A DNA stretch of 64,000 bases from Parcubacteria group bacterium Gr01-1014_20 (GCA_007376265.1 VMFW01000010.1:1945-65944); one strand, 5' to 3'; shown: positions 37,519 to 48,017, counted from the stretch's first letter. The notes: generated by a model not told the origin, from the sequence alone. Made by a program: numbers and translations.

Positions 37519-38259
37519 CTATTCGTAACCACCATCAATTACTAGTGTTGAACCTGTTATAAAACTTGCGTCTTCTGAACACAAAAATAGAACGGCTTTG
37601 GCTACTTCTTCTGGCTGGCCCCATCTTCTCAGTGCAATTTTATCTGTTTCGCTTTTAATAAAATCTTTCGGTAAATCTTTGTTTATTTCTGTATCAATCC
37701 AGCCTGGAGCTATAGAGTTGACTCTGATGTTTGGCGCTAAGGACTGAGAAAGATTTTTTGTGAGACTCATTACTCCCGCCTTAGAAGTGTCATAGTCAGC
37801 CGACTCCGGACTTAAAGAATCAATACCATTAGTCGAAGAAATGTTAAGGATAGATGCACCCTTCCTATTCTTCATATGAGGCACAGCATATTTTGTACAT
37901 AAAAAAGCTCCTATCAAATTTACCTTAAGTGTCCGTTCCCACTGCTCAACGGTCTTCTCAAAGATAGGAACGTCAAAAACAATGCCAGCATTATTAACAA
38001 GAACATCAATCCCTCCGAAATGTTTAACGGTCTCGTTTATCATTCTTTGAACTTCGTTCTCATTGGCCACATCCGCCTGAATTGCAATGGCATCCGCGCC
38101 TAATTTTTTAATTTCAGCTACAACTTTATCCCCTGCTGGTTTGTTTTTTACGTAATTCACCACGACATTCGCACCTTCCTGTGCAAAAGCGATTGCTGTT
38201 GCCCTACCTATACCACGACTAGAGCCTGTAACTAAGATGATTTTGTCCTTGAATTTCAT
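37519..38259 (-). CDS. SDR-family oxidoreductase (3-oxoacyl-ACP reductase FabG-like)
   Basis: TGSSRGIGRA Rossmann motif, NNAG, and a YxxxK catalytic context. The gene is markedly AT-rich. Confidence 0.85.
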   Translation of the reverse strand: MKFKDKIILVTGSSRGIGRATAIAFAQEGANVVVNYVKNKPAGDKVVAEIKKLGADAIAIQADVANENEVQRMINETVKHFGGIDVLVNNAGIVFDVPIFEKTVEQWERTLKVNLIGAFLCTKYAVPHMKNRKGASILNISSTNGIDSLSPESADYDTSKAGVMSLTKNLSQSLAPNIRVNSIAPGWIDTEINKDLPKDFIKSETDKIALRRWGQPEEVAKAVLFLCSEDASFITGSTLVIDGGYE

Positions 38260-38351
38260 AACAAAAGCATACCAGTTTAAGCGTTGTATATAAACAATGC
38301 TTTGAACCGACCTACGGTTATTTTGCGCGGGCGACCGGCAATCGAACGTCG

Positions 38352-38591
38352 CTAAATTAAGTGCTTGTTTCTAAACGCCATACCTGAACCAGCTTTTAGA
38401 TATTTCTCAAAGTCATATGCCTTTTTCTTGTCCAGAAACCCACAAAACCATATTAGATTAAATGGTTTTTTGTGCGATGTAGATTTTGTTGAACCTTCGT
38501 TATGCTCTTTTAGTCTTTCTTCTACGTCTGCAGTTACCCCAGTATAATAGCTATCGTCTTTGATACTCTGCAAGATGTAGACGAAATACAT
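38352..38591 (-). CDS. GIY-YIG nuclease family protein (stand-alone, 79 aa)
   Basis: YFVYILQS...YYTGVT.D...RL.EHN is the GIY-YIG core. Confidence 0.7.
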   Translation of the reverse strand: MYFVYILQSIKDDSYYTGVTADVEERLKEHNEGSTKSTSHKKPFNLIWFCGFLDKKKAYDFEKYLKAGSGMAFRNKHLI

Positions 38592-38721
38592 AAGAACATT
38601 GTAAAAGAACGCCCTCCGTCGCGTAAAGCTATGGAGGGCACTCCTTCTTGGGCTTCTATTATTTGCACTCTTTCGCTTCCGCTACAAGGTGCGTGCACTA
38701 CGAAGCCTTGGCGAAGTAGTG

Positions 38722-38795
38722 CGCGGGCGACCGGATTCGAACCGGCGGTCTCTACCGTGACAGGGTAGCGCTTTAAGCCGCTAAGCTACGCCCGC
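38722..38795 (-). tRNA. tRNA-Asp (anticodon GTC), CCA not encoded
   Basis: GCGGGCGTAGCTTAGCGG...CUGUCAC anticodon loop...GGTTCGAATCCGG...CGCCCGC-G (discriminator G). Confidence 0.85.
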
Positions 38796-38896
38796 AACAA
38801 GCTAAAATCTACACTTTATTGGCTTCAAAATCAAACTTTTCCTCGTAAATCGGATGTGGATAAAGCTATAACCTAAATAACAGGTAGCAGTATATA

Positions 38897-41812
38897 ATGA
38901 AGGGAGTCGGGGGAATGTTTAAAAAATCAAAAAACATGAAGGTAATTTTTAAAAATCTGGTTGCGGTCGGTTTGTTTTTAGTTTCTATATCAACGGCGGG
39001 TTTGGTCTTGGCGCAAGAAGCGGCGCCAGCGCCGGAAGCCTTGGTTCCGGTTAGTTGCTTCGACTTTTATAAATTCGGGAGTGTGGGCGTGGAGGTGGTG
39101 CCAAGCCTGACCGAGATTGCGAACGGAGGCGAGCTGGATTTTGTTTTGAACGTTACGAATGAGAACGATTATCCGGTGGTGGAGGGTTCGATTTACATGA
39201 AGATTTACCGAAAGCAGACGGACGCGGCGAACGCGCAAAAGAATGGCAGCCATTTAATCGACTATACCCTGGTAAAAGAGAAGGTGAATCTTGACGCCAA
39301 GGCGACTAGGAAATTCGAGTTCACCTGGAGGGTGCCAACGGGGGCGCCAAGCGGAGAGTATGAGGCGGTAACTTATTTTTTGTCGGACGAGAGGATGAAC
39401 CTTTTGGGTTTACCTTTTACGGATGATGTTTCGGGAGGAAGGAATTCTTTTAAGATTGTGAGCGATACACAAGGAACGGTTCAGCTCGACAAAAACAAGG
39501 TGACCCTAAACAATAAGGCCTACCGTTTTGTTGGAAATACATCTCCCTTCTCAAAAGACGAAAAAGTGATCGTGCGCTTTCCGATAACCAACACCACGAA
39601 GACTAGCCAAGCTGCAGAGGTAAGTTACGATTTGTATTTCTGGGATGGGACTTTGGATAGCCAAAGACTGAAAGCCAAAAGAGAGGTCGTGACGCTTAAG
39701 GCTGGGGAGACAAAAACCCTGTCTTATGAAATTGATAACACGAGTTATCCGGTCTATTACTTGGTAGCGAAATCGAAGTGGCAAGATTCCTCTTCGATAC
39801 TGAATGTGAGGTTTGCGAGAAACGGCGTTAGTCGTGGAAGAATAAACTTTGTGGGACTTAGTAAGTTTCCTCTCGCGAGCGGCGAGGCAAATACCGTTTT
39901 CGCTTGTATTCACAACGCCTCCCTAGAACCAAAGACGACCGGAAAATTTGAACTGGAGTTGGTTGATAGTGAATATAACGTGATTAAAAAGTACACCTAC
40001 ACCGGGGACATCACGGGAAACATGATGGGTTTTAAAGGAGATTTCACCGCCCCGGCGAGCTACGGCGCTCTAACTTTGCGGGCCAATGTATTTGATGGAG
40101 GAGAAAAGCTGGTGGATCAAGTTGATTTGACCTATGACTGTCGGGAAATTGATCCGCAAAAATGTCCGACGGGAGCGACGGCACCAACTGATACCAAATC
40201 GGGATTTCCAAAACTAGATATGGTCTGGATGGTAGTTGGAGGGGTAGTCGTTATATTCATTGTGGTGCTGACAATAATCATGGCTAAGAAGAAAAAAGTA
40301 AATCTGCCGCCACCAGGCGCGACTGGTTCCCCTATTCAAAGGGGTCCGAGCGCAGGGGCGATGAAGATATTAATTGGCTTGCTGGTTTTAGGGTCAGTTT
40401 TTCTGCCAGGTGGTCTGGCCGAGGCAAGACGAAGTGTTACCTTTTTTAACAATGATACCAGCATAACCGATATTTTCTTTCCAGATCTTGGCCAACCACT
40501 CATATCCGGAGTGCAAAATGCGAAAATGAATGGGCTCACGATAAATTACGACGTTACCTACTGGGCAAGCGCCTACGAAGAAGGGAGTATGCGGGTAATC
40601 GACCAGGCTGATGGCAGAGAAGCCGTCCAATCTGGTTCTTTTATCAACGTTTCCTACGACAATAACGATTTCACGAGGCCGGCGGCCAACATTAACTGGC
40701 TCGAGACTGGTAACATTCAGGGCACGCCGACTGGCATTTGGGATACCAACAATAATGGACAGATCGATTACCCTTATCCAGTTGCTCAGCGGTGCAACGC
40801 GCTCGATAACATGACAACCCCGGTGATGAAGGACGGTGATGAGTTGCAGATGACGATTTCCGCGCCTTTTGTGGTCCAAAAGCCGAGGATTACATTTAGC
40901 AGTTCGGACTCTTTTATAAGCTGTAACAGTCAACCCGGAACAACTTTTGCCCAGTGCGCAGTGACCGGGGGAGTGGGAAGTGTGGGTCACATCGAAGTAA
41001 AGTTTGATGAAACGCCCAGTAAGCACTTCGCGGACGTGAGGGGCTCTGCAAATGAATGCTACTCTGGAGCGGGAGCTGCGGTTATAAATGATTTTGTGGT
41101 GTGGCCGAGCAATGGGGCGAGTATAATGTTCGAATTTGACGTGGTGGGCCAAGCGCCTGTAGGTCTTGCGGCACCGGTTTTAACGGGACCAACGGCGGCG
41201 GTAAAGTTGGACTCAAAAACTTATAGCGCCCTCGTGGGAACTAACCCACCGGCCGTTTCGCTAAAATATACTTTCCAAAGAAAGTATGGCTTAAATGGGA
41301 GCTGGGTGGATGTGGGCACTTCGAATGCGACCCCGCCAACCGCTGGGACAAGTAATATTATTTTTGCAAACACGGGAACTTATTACGTTAGAGCTAAAGC
41401 GGAAAACTTGTCGAACGCCCTTGTCTCTGGTTGGAGCAACGAGATTGCGGTTACCGTGAGTAATACGCCAGCGGGTAATGCGCAGTGTTCGAACGGAATT
41501 GATGATGACAGCGATACCTTTATTGATGCGGCTGACCCTGGGTGCCACACCGATGGAGATGCTACCAACCCTGGTTCATACGATCCGAGTGATACCGATG
41601 AGACAAATCAGGGCGGAGCGGGAGTGTGCGTTTTGGGCGACCCACCAAGACAAATTGGCACTTGTAGCGCCAGTTGTGGCCCAGGCGTCCAGCGCTGGGA
41701 AAGATACGTCGATGTTAACGGATCTTGTGAGATCGAGTACTATACGGAACCGTGCAATCTTAGGGCCTGTGGATATAGAATTAGAGAAGGAAATCCTGGG
41801 GGGGGAGGATAA
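38897..41812 (+). CDS. large surface protein (971 aa) with a signal peptide, an internal double-TM hairpin and a Cys-rich C-terminus carrying a thrombospondin-type-1-like motif
   Basis: N-terminal signal peptide. Mid-protein segment MVWMVVGGVVVIFIVVLTII-KKKK-...-ILIGLLVLGSVFL. C-terminal CSASCGPGVQRWERYVDVNGSCE...EPCNLRAC. Confidence 0.55.
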   Translation: MKGVGGMFKKSKNMKVIFKNLVAVGLFLVSISTAGLVLAQEAAPAPEALVPVSCFDFYKFGSVGVEVVPSLTEIANGGELDFVLNVTNENDYPVVEGSIYMKIYRKQTDAANAQKNGSHLIDYTLVKEKVNLDAKATRKFEFTWRVPTGAPSGEYEAVTYFLSDERMNLLGLPFTDDVSGGRNSFKIVSDTQGTVQLDKNKVTLNNKAYRFVGNTSPFSKDEKVIVRFPITNTTKTSQAAEVSYDLYFWDGTLDSQRLKAKREVVTLKAGETKTLSYEIDNTSYPVYYLVAKSKWQDSSSILNVRFARNGVSRGRINFVGLSKFPLASGEANTVFACIHNASLEPKTTGKFELELVDSEYNVIKKYTYTGDITGNMMGFKGDFTAPASYGALTLRANVFDGGEKLVDQVDLTYDCREIDPQKCPTGATAPTDTKSGFPKLDMVWMVVGGVVVIFIVVLTIIMAKKKKVNLPPPGATGSPIQRGPSAGAMKILIGLLVLGSVFLPGGLAEARRSVTFFNNDTSITDIFFPDLGQPLISGVQNAKMNGLTINYDVTYWASAYEEGSMRVIDQADGREAVQSGSFINVSYDNNDFTRPAANINWLETGNIQGTPTGIWDTNNNGQIDYPYPVAQRCNALDNMTTPVMKDGDELQMTISAPFVVQKPRITFSSSDSFISCNSQPGTTFAQCAVTGGVGSVGHIEVKFDETPSKHFADVRGSANECYSGAGAAVINDFVVWPSNGASIMFEFDVVGQAPVGLAAPVLTGPTAAVKLDSKTYSALVGTNPPAVSLKYTFQRKYGLNGSWVDVGTSNATPPTAGTSNIIFANTGTYYVRAKAENLSNALVSGWSNEIAVTVSNTPAGNAQCSNGIDDDSDTFIDAADPGCHTDGDATNPGSYDPSDTDETNQGGAGVCVLGDPPRQIGTCSASCGPGVQRWERYVDVNGSCEIEYYTEPCNLRACGYRIREGNPGGGG

Positions 41813-41879
41813 GCGGCAAGGCGTGGTACGTGAAACATGCATCACGAGACCAAGTAAAAAACCGTCTGATGGCGGTTTT

Positions 41880-43937
41880 TTACTTTATTATGTTTCGGAA
41901 TTCATGCTCGTCTAATATTTTTACCCCTAGTTTTTTAGCTCTTTCAAATTTTGATCCAGGGTCAGAACCGACAATCACAAAACTGGTTTTAGAACTCACG
42001 GCTTCAGAGATTTCGCCGCCTAAGTTCCTAATTTTTTCTTTGGCTTCGTCTCGAGACATGGACGAGAGAGAGCCAGTTAGGACAAAAGTCTTGCCGACCA
42101 ACTTGTCGCTCTTAGCCAAAGACCCCTCTTTCTTAATAACAACACCCACCTCTTCTAATTTTTTGAGGAAAGACGTATTTCGTTTTTCCCGAAACCAGCC
42201 ATATATGCTTTCGGCGACTTTGGGCCCGATATCCTGAATTTTTTGGAGGTCTTCGAGTGATAGCTTGGAAAACGTCTCGAGTAGATCACCAATGCTCTTA
42301 GAGGGAAATCTCTTAGCAAGAGCGATGGCGGTTTCTTCGCCAACATGAAAGATGCCGAGACTGTAAATTAGTTTTTCAAGGAGAATTTTTTTGCGTGACT
42401 CAACTTCGTTCACGATGTTTTCGGCTGATTTTTCTCCGAAATGCGGAAGGGTGGCGATCTCGCCGATTTCTTTTTTCAGTTCAAAAATATCGGCGGCATC
42501 AGAGATTAATCCTTCATCCAAAAATCGGTCGATGATTTTTGGCCCCAAACCTTCGATATTGAAAGCTTGGCGGGAAACAAAGTGATAGATGGCTTCCCTT
42601 AGCTTTGCGGCGCAGTTTTGATTGGAACAACGATAGGCCACGCCGTCGCGAACAACTGGTGAACCGTCGACAGGACATCTGGGCGGCATCGAGAAGGACT
42701 TTTCTCTACCGGTTCTTAGCTCTTTCAAAACTTTGGTGATTTTAGGGATAACATCCCCAGCCCGACTAATGATAACGGTGTCTCCAATTTTCAAGCCTAG
42801 TCGATCGATTTCATCGGCATTGTGAAGACTAGCGTGCGTAATGGTAATCCCTCCAACGGAAACCGGCTTCATAACGGCGACTGGGGTTAGAACGCCGGTG
42901 CGACCGACCTGGATGTTTACGCCGAGCACAATAGTGGTTGCTTCGCGGGGGGAAAATTTATAGGCAATAGCGGCCCGGGGGGCCTTGCCAATAATGCCGG
43001 CGCTCGAAAAAATTTGATTGTCGTTTATAAAAACCACCACGCCATCAATCTCATAGGGCAATTTTTCGCGGGCTTTTTCCCACTTCTTTTGGAAAACAAA
43101 GACTTCTTCGAGATTTTTTACCGTCTGGCCGTTCGGGTTGGTTTTGAATCCAAGTTCCCTGAGAGTTTTAAACTCGCTCGTGTGGGTTTTATAAATCTCG
43201 GGAGCGGCCACAATGCCATAGGCGTAAAAATCAAGTTTTCTCGAGGCGGTGACACGGGGATCAAGTTGACGGATGGCACCGGCGGCGACGTTTCGAGGGT
43301 TGGCATAAATTTTTTCTCCCTTTTTTTCTTGTTCTCGATTGATTCTTGAAAACTCTTTTTTGGTTAAAAAAACCTCACCCCGCACAATGATCCTTTTGGG
43401 GGGGTTGTCCGTGCCAAGCTTGAGGGGGATGGCTTCAATGGTTTTGAGATTTTGCGTGACATCCTCCCCTATCAAACCATCTCCACGAGTGGATCCACTC
43501 ATCAAAGTGTCATTTTCATAGATGAGCTCTACCGCGAGACCGTCCATCTTCAGGTCACAATAAAATGGCTCCGCAGATGCAAGGTGGTAGCCGAGGTAGT
43601 TTTCTAATCGAGTAATCCAATCCTCAACATCTTTCTTACTAAAGGCATCGTTTAGCGAATTCATTCGCATTTCGTGAGTGATCTTTTTGAATTCTTTAAG
43701 GGGCGCTCCGCCAACTCTTTGCGTGGGAGAGTCGGGAGTGACAAGTTCCGGAAATTTTTGCTCGAGGTCAAAAAGCTCTTTTTTTAAAGAGTCGAGGCTC
43801 TCGTCTGAAATTTCCTGCCGATCTAAGACGTGATAGAGGTAGCGATAACGGTTTATTTCTTCTCGTAACTTTTTTGTTCTTAATTCAATTTCTTTATTCA
43901 TTGATGAAACCGATCTGTTAATAAAAACGTTTTGCAA
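41880..43937 (-). CDS. ligA: NAD-dependent DNA ligase
   Basis: Adenylation-site motifs (KxDG: CDLKMDGLA), a CxxC zinc finger, and HhH and BRCT regions; 685 aa. Confidence 0.95.
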   Translation of the reverse strand: MQNVFINRSVSSMNKEIELRTKKLREEINRYRYLYHVLDRQEISDESLDSLKKELFDLEQKFPELVTPDSPTQRVGGAPLKEFKKITHEMRMNSLNDAFSKKDVEDWITRLENYLGYHLASAEPFYCDLKMDGLAVELIYENDTLMSGSTRGDGLIGEDVTQNLKTIEAIPLKLGTDNPPKRIIVRGEVFLTKKEFSRINREQEKKGEKIYANPRNVAAGAIRQLDPRVTASRKLDFYAYGIVAAPEIYKTHTSEFKTLRELGFKTNPNGQTVKNLEEVFVFQKKWEKAREKLPYEIDGVVVFINDNQIFSSAGIIGKAPRAAIAYKFSPREATTIVLGVNIQVGRTGVLTPVAVMKPVSVGGITITHASLHNADEIDRLGLKIGDTVIISRAGDVIPKITKVLKELRTGREKSFSMPPRCPVDGSPVVRDGVAYRCSNQNCAAKLREAIYHFVSRQAFNIEGLGPKIIDRFLDEGLISDAADIFELKKEIGEIATLPHFGEKSAENIVNEVESRKKILLEKLIYSLGIFHVGEETAIALAKRFPSKSIGDLLETFSKLSLEDLQKIQDIGPKVAESIYGWFREKRNTSFLKKLEEVGVVIKKEGSLAKSDKLVGKTFVLTGSLSSMSRDEAKEKIRNLGGEISEAVSSKTSFVIVGSDPGSKFERAKKLGVKILDEHEFRNIIK

Positions 43938-43997
43938 CTTAACCCGACCGCTTACCTATTTGGCTCAATTTATTCAACGATTTTACCTCAAAACTTC

Positions 43998-45566
43998 TTA
44001 AGGACAAAGGAGGAGTTCGTCGGTTAAAAGATCATCTAAGTCGCTGTAGTCCGTGTCGTCAAAACATCTGGCGGGATGGCCGGCGACGCCTCGATAGTAA
44101 CTGGCATCGTCAAGACAATCGGTGGATCCGAGCGCGGCGACATAAGTGGTAATACCAGCGTCTCTCGCAAGCTGGGCGGCGGCCGAGACACCACCCTTGT
44201 CACCAGCAGTTGGCATGGAGTCGGTAACGATGAGCATAAAGTCGTTTATAGCTGGATCTCCGGGACGGTTGTTTAGGATGGCGCTTGCTCCACCATTAAT
44301 GGCGTCGTCAAAGGCACTGATGTTATTTGGGCCAAATGTGACGAGTTGGCTGATGGCGTTCAAAACAGAGGCTAATGATCCCCTGAAGGTGCTCGGGTCA
44401 TTGTAACCATAGTAGGTGTCGGTGTAACCGATTTGACCGACCATGGTTTGGTTTGGATTTGGGGGAAGTGCGAAATTAAGCCTGTTAACAAAGGCGTTTA
44501 GGCCAGTTCTTACGGACCCCATTGATCCAATCGTGGTGTCGACAAGAAGCATGACGTCTGCGTTTTGATCCTGGCATTGTAGATAGTGCAACTGACAAAG
44601 TGAGTCAGAAGTCCCAAGCATGGCGGGCGAAAGATTAGCTTGGGTGGTTTCATAGGCGTAGGTAGGGTGGCTGGCCATTTGACTGTAGTAGGCAGATGTA
44701 ACGGCGCCTGGCGAGTCGATTAGGATAGTGACAATTGAAATTGGATCGGTATCGTTTTTGGCGGAGGTGGCTTGGTTTTGGGCAAGAGCTTCTGCGCCGG
44801 GGGCTGTAGTCGGGACATTTGGTCGTTGGCCGGTGAGGATAATGATAACATCTCTCACCCCTAGTCGATCGCTTGCCTCGGAGAGAGCAGTGTGGGCGCC
44901 GAGTATGCCGGCAGCAAGATTAAAATCATCTCCAACAATTGGATTAGGGATGTTGTCGATGGCCGAATTTATCTGGGTTAGATCATCCATGAGGGTAACC
45001 GGAGGGGCTGCATCATCGACGCCTATTGCGCCAATGTGGGTCCCTTGAGGACTAGGGCTTAAGTCGCTCGCAAAACCTTTGGCGGCGAGTTTGATGGCAT
45101 TTAAGTCTGACCCGCCATCGAAAGAAGCGTCGATGAGTAGTACGATGTCCATTGGCTCGCAGGAGGCAGACCCGGGCAGAACGGCGAGCGACTCTACGAG
45201 AAGGGCTCTTTTGGAATTACCGGCTTGGCCAACGATTTTGGCTGTGCCGTTGGGCAATTCAACGATTTCGAAACTGGCCCCGTTGCCAAAAGCGCCGTTG
45301 ATACTTGAGGAGTTGTAGGCAGGATTATAGGAGGGTGTCTGGCTGAAAAACCACCAGCCGACTCCGGTGTCGGCGGCGAAGATGGCTTTGGCGGAGTTGG
45401 TGAAATTACCGGCTTGACGGATTTGATAAATCATTAAGATGCCAGCGACCAAACTGATGCTCAGGACAACGCCGCTTATCATCATGACAACCAGAAGCAT
45501 AGTCTGGCCGGCGCTGGAGGAAGTTTTAAGTTTTGATTTAGGCGTCATGGATCTGTGCTTACTCAT
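43998..45566 (-). CDS. membrane-anchored protein with two von Willebrand factor A domains (pilus-associated; PilY1/TadG-like role possible)
   Basis: N-terminal TM helix; two vWA-like blocks (DIVLLIDAS..., DVMLLVDTT...). It is the last gene of the type IV pilus operon. Confidence 0.6.
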   Translation of the reverse strand: MSKHRSMTPKSKLKTSSSAGQTMLLVVMMISGVVLSISLVAGILMIYQIRQAGNFTNSAKAIFAADTGVGWWFFSQTPSYNPAYNSSSINGAFGNGASFEIVELPNGTAKIVGQAGNSKRALLVESLAVLPGSASCEPMDIVLLIDASFDGGSDLNAIKLAAKGFASDLSPSPQGTHIGAIGVDDAAPPVTLMDDLTQINSAIDNIPNPIVGDDFNLAAGILGAHTALSEASDRLGVRDVIIILTGQRPNVPTTAPGAEALAQNQATSAKNDTDPISIVTILIDSPGAVTSAYYSQMASHPTYAYETTQANLSPAMLGTSDSLCQLHYLQCQDQNADVMLLVDTTIGSMGSVRTGLNAFVNRLNFALPPNPNQTMVGQIGYTDTYYGYNDPSTFRGSLASVLNAISQLVTFGPNNISAFDDAINGGASAILNNRPGDPAINDFMLIVTDSMPTAGDKGGVSAAAQLARDAGITTYVAALGSTDCLDDASYYRGVAGHPARCFDDTDYSDLDDLLTDELLLCP

Positions 45567-46068
45567 TTCTTGTGCTCACGCTGGTTTGGATGTCGATATT
45601 TTTTACGCTTGTCTTAATATCTTTTGGAACCACACCGATATTGATGACGATTCGCGACGGGTAATTGACCAGGGGGAGGGTGCCATTCATAATTCTGAAG
45701 CTTAGGTAATTGACCAAAACGTTTTCATCGGTAATCTTTTGGGCTGGGCCGTTGTTTTCGCTTCTTACGAGAATTTCACCCGAGAGGTCGTAGGTAACGT
45801 TATTGCCATCGGCGTTCTCGAACGAAAGGTTTGGGCCGCTCGCGGTAAAACTTTTGCCGGTTCTGATTTCTCTTGCAATCTGTTCAATGGCGGCGCTCGT
45901 ATTGCTGTTTGCAGTCATCAAAGCCATGGCGTTCCGATGAGTGCGGAGAGCACTCACAAAACCGCCCATCGCGATTGTAGTCACAACCGCAAAGACGCCG
46001 GCCGAAACAATGAGCTCAACCAAGGTGAACCCCCCATTTTTTATTGATTTGGGAAAAAAATTTTTCAT
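45559..46068 (-). CDS. prepilin-type minor pilin / pseudopilin
   Basis: Class III signal KNGGFTLVELIVSAGVF (the G/F cleavage site with Glu at +5). The start is set at the internal Met (MKNFF). Confidence 0.7.
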   Translation of the reverse strand: MKNFFPKSIKNGGFTLVELIVSAGVFAVVTTIAMGGFVSALRTHRNAMALMTANSNTSAAIEQIAREIRTGKSFTASGPNLSFENADGNNVTYDLSGEILVRSENNGPAQKITDENVLVNYLSFRIMNGTLPLVNYPSRIVINIGVVPKDIKTSVKNIDIQTSVSTRNE

Positions 46069-46070
46069 GC

Positions 46071-46628
46071 TTAGTTGTTTGTGAAGAAGAAGTCCTCGAG
46101 CTGGACGGATCCTCGGCCGCCACCTTTTTGATTCCACTGAACGATGGAAACAATCTGCATCCGCCTAGCAGGAGGAGCGGGGGGCAAGATTCTGACGGTA
46201 CGAAAAAACTTAGTTGGTGTTCCCGATAGGTCATAGGAGTAGCCTAGGGCTGGGCTAAATCGTAGCGGGGTGGAACTGAAATCATTTTGATTACCAACCC
46301 TGAGCCCAGGGTTGTCGCCATCTTCAGGATTATCACTTTCAAGTTCAGTGAGGTAAGAAACCTCGTAGCTACCGACATTAAAATCCTCATCGTAAGAAAA
46401 ACCCTTTCTGATGTTGGCATCACTCAAGTTTTTTACGATCTCAATACCCTCCGCGGCCAGATAGGTGGCAATGTTTTGGTCGCTCACCACCTGGGTGATC
46501 GAAAGAGAACGATTTAGGAGGGTGAGAACTGCCATGTAACCGATGGTGAGGATTGCTAAAGCAACGATGGCCTCGGCGATGGCTTGGCCGCTACGATCAT
46601 GGAATGTAAACCTTGGACCTTGGATCAT
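46071..46628 (-). CDS. prepilin-type minor pilin / pseudopilin
   Basis: N-terminal RSGQAIAEAIVALAILTIG, a type IV pilin-like hydrophobic alpha1 segment. Confidence 0.55.
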   Translation of the reverse strand: MIQGPRFTFHDRSGQAIAEAIVALAILTIGYMAVLTLLNRSLSITQVVSDQNIATYLAAEGIEIVKNLSDANIRKGFSYDEDFNVGSYEVSYLTELESDNPEDGDNPGLRVGNQNDFSSTPLRFSPALGYSYDLSGTPTKFFRTVRILPPAPPARRMQIVSIVQWNQKGGGRGSVQLEDFFFTNN

Positions 46629-46636
46629 AAAATTGG

Positions 46637-47971
46637 CTAGGAGCTTGGGAAACTCAATTGGGCGGTCACGTTATTAATTCGGATGATGGCTCCGGTTGGA
46701 CTCACTGGGTCGTCGGTTTTGACGTAGATATTCATCGGAGTGTTTTGAACGATATTCCCGCCTTCGTCAAAGAGGAGGACTTTGGGGTCGGGAGGAACAA
46801 AAAGTAGATAGCCCAATCGGTTTGGGCCAGTATCAAAATCCAGCTTAGAACTTAAGGTGTTGCTTTCGGTTTCGCGGTAACTGGGTGGGTTTGGGGCGAT
46901 GCTGGTTATGGTCAGGATTTGGTCGCAGGTGGTTGGGGCGGGAGGGATGTATTCGAAGAGGGAGTAGATTTTATTCGTGTAATCGATCCTGAAGCCATAA
47001 GAACATGGGGGTGGATTTGAGATGGGCTTGGTGTATCCGGCTAGGGTTAATTCTTTCGCGCGTAGAACGGTTTGGGTGATTTTGGCTTTTTCAACGTTAA
47101 GCAGGATTTGCTTCTCGCTCCGGCGACTGTAAACGATGCCCCAGAAGAAAACGACACAACTCGCCATAGCTATAAAAGGACCAAAAGGGAGGAAACTTTT
47201 AAGGCCTTTCTTTTTAGACAAAAGTCCGGGGAGACTGAAGAGCGAGCCAATAATAAAGGAAAGACCAGTAATGATAACGATATCCGGCCAGCCGAAAACG
47301 ACGCCTAGCGCGGCCGTGAGTTTCAAATCCCCCATTCCCATGCCCCGGCCTTTGGTGATTAGAATTAGCAGGCCATAAAAAACAATGCCAAAAGCTAAGG
47401 CGATAACTCGATTCAACCAAAGAATGTCTCGGAGGCCAAAAAGAGCGGCGTAAGGACCCAAGAAGGAGCCGCTCACGGGCCCGAATTCTTTGGCGGCAAA
47501 AATGGCAATCACAACACCCAGGATTATTAAAAAAATATTGGCTTCGTCGGGGATGATTTTGACGCGGATGTCGATAAGTGAAATTAAAAGAAGAGTCAGG
47601 AAAATTAAAACCCATGAAAAGTGGAGCGCGGAACAGGAAACATCCGACGACAGGCAAATGCTCTTGAATCCGAAATTGGAAGATAGGAGCGCTGGAACGA
47701 AAACGAAAATCGAGCCGCTAATTAATTCTACTAACGGATATTGAAAACTTATTTTTTTCTTACAGTTTCGGCAGCGCGCGCGCAGAAAGATAAAGCTTAA
47801 CAAAGGAACAAGCTCAAACCAGTTGAGCTTGTTCCCGCACTTAGGACAGGCAGAACGCCCACCCAAGGTTTTTTTATTAAGTATGAACTTTTCCGGATTG
47901 TATCTGACCGCAATCACATTCAGGAAACTGCCAATGGCAAGACCGAAAATAAACAACCAGATCTGCATCAT
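46637..47971 (-). CDS. pilD: prepilin peptidase (A24 family) with a ~170-aa C-terminal extension
   Basis: N-terminal CPKCG...CRNC zinc-binding motifs; a multi-TM A24 core with GMGDLK; an additional non-membrane C-terminal region (residues ~275-444). Confidence 0.8.
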   Translation of the reverse strand: MMQIWLFIFGLAIGSFLNVIAVRYNPEKFILNKKTLGGRSACPKCGNKLNWFELVPLLSFIFLRARCRNCKKKISFQYPLVELISGSIFVFVPALLSSNFGFKSICLSSDVSCSALHFSWVLIFLTLLLISLIDIRVKIIPDEANIFLIILGVVIAIFAAKEFGPVSGSFLGPYAALFGLRDILWLNRVIALAFGIVFYGLLILITKGRGMGMGDLKLTAALGVVFGWPDIVIITGLSFIIGSLFSLPGLLSKKKGLKSFLPFGPFIAMASCVVFFWGIVYSRRSEKQILLNVEKAKITQTVLRAKELTLAGYTKPISNPPPCSYGFRIDYTNKIYSLFEYIPPAPTTCDQILTITSIAPNPPSYRETESNTLSSKLDFDTGPNRLGYLLFVPPDPKVLLFDEGGNIVQNTPMNIYVKTDDPVSPTGAIIRINNVTAQLSFPSS

Positions 47972-48017
47972 TTTTAACTAATGCCTATTAACTAGTGACC
48001 GATAACAGGTACCTTTT

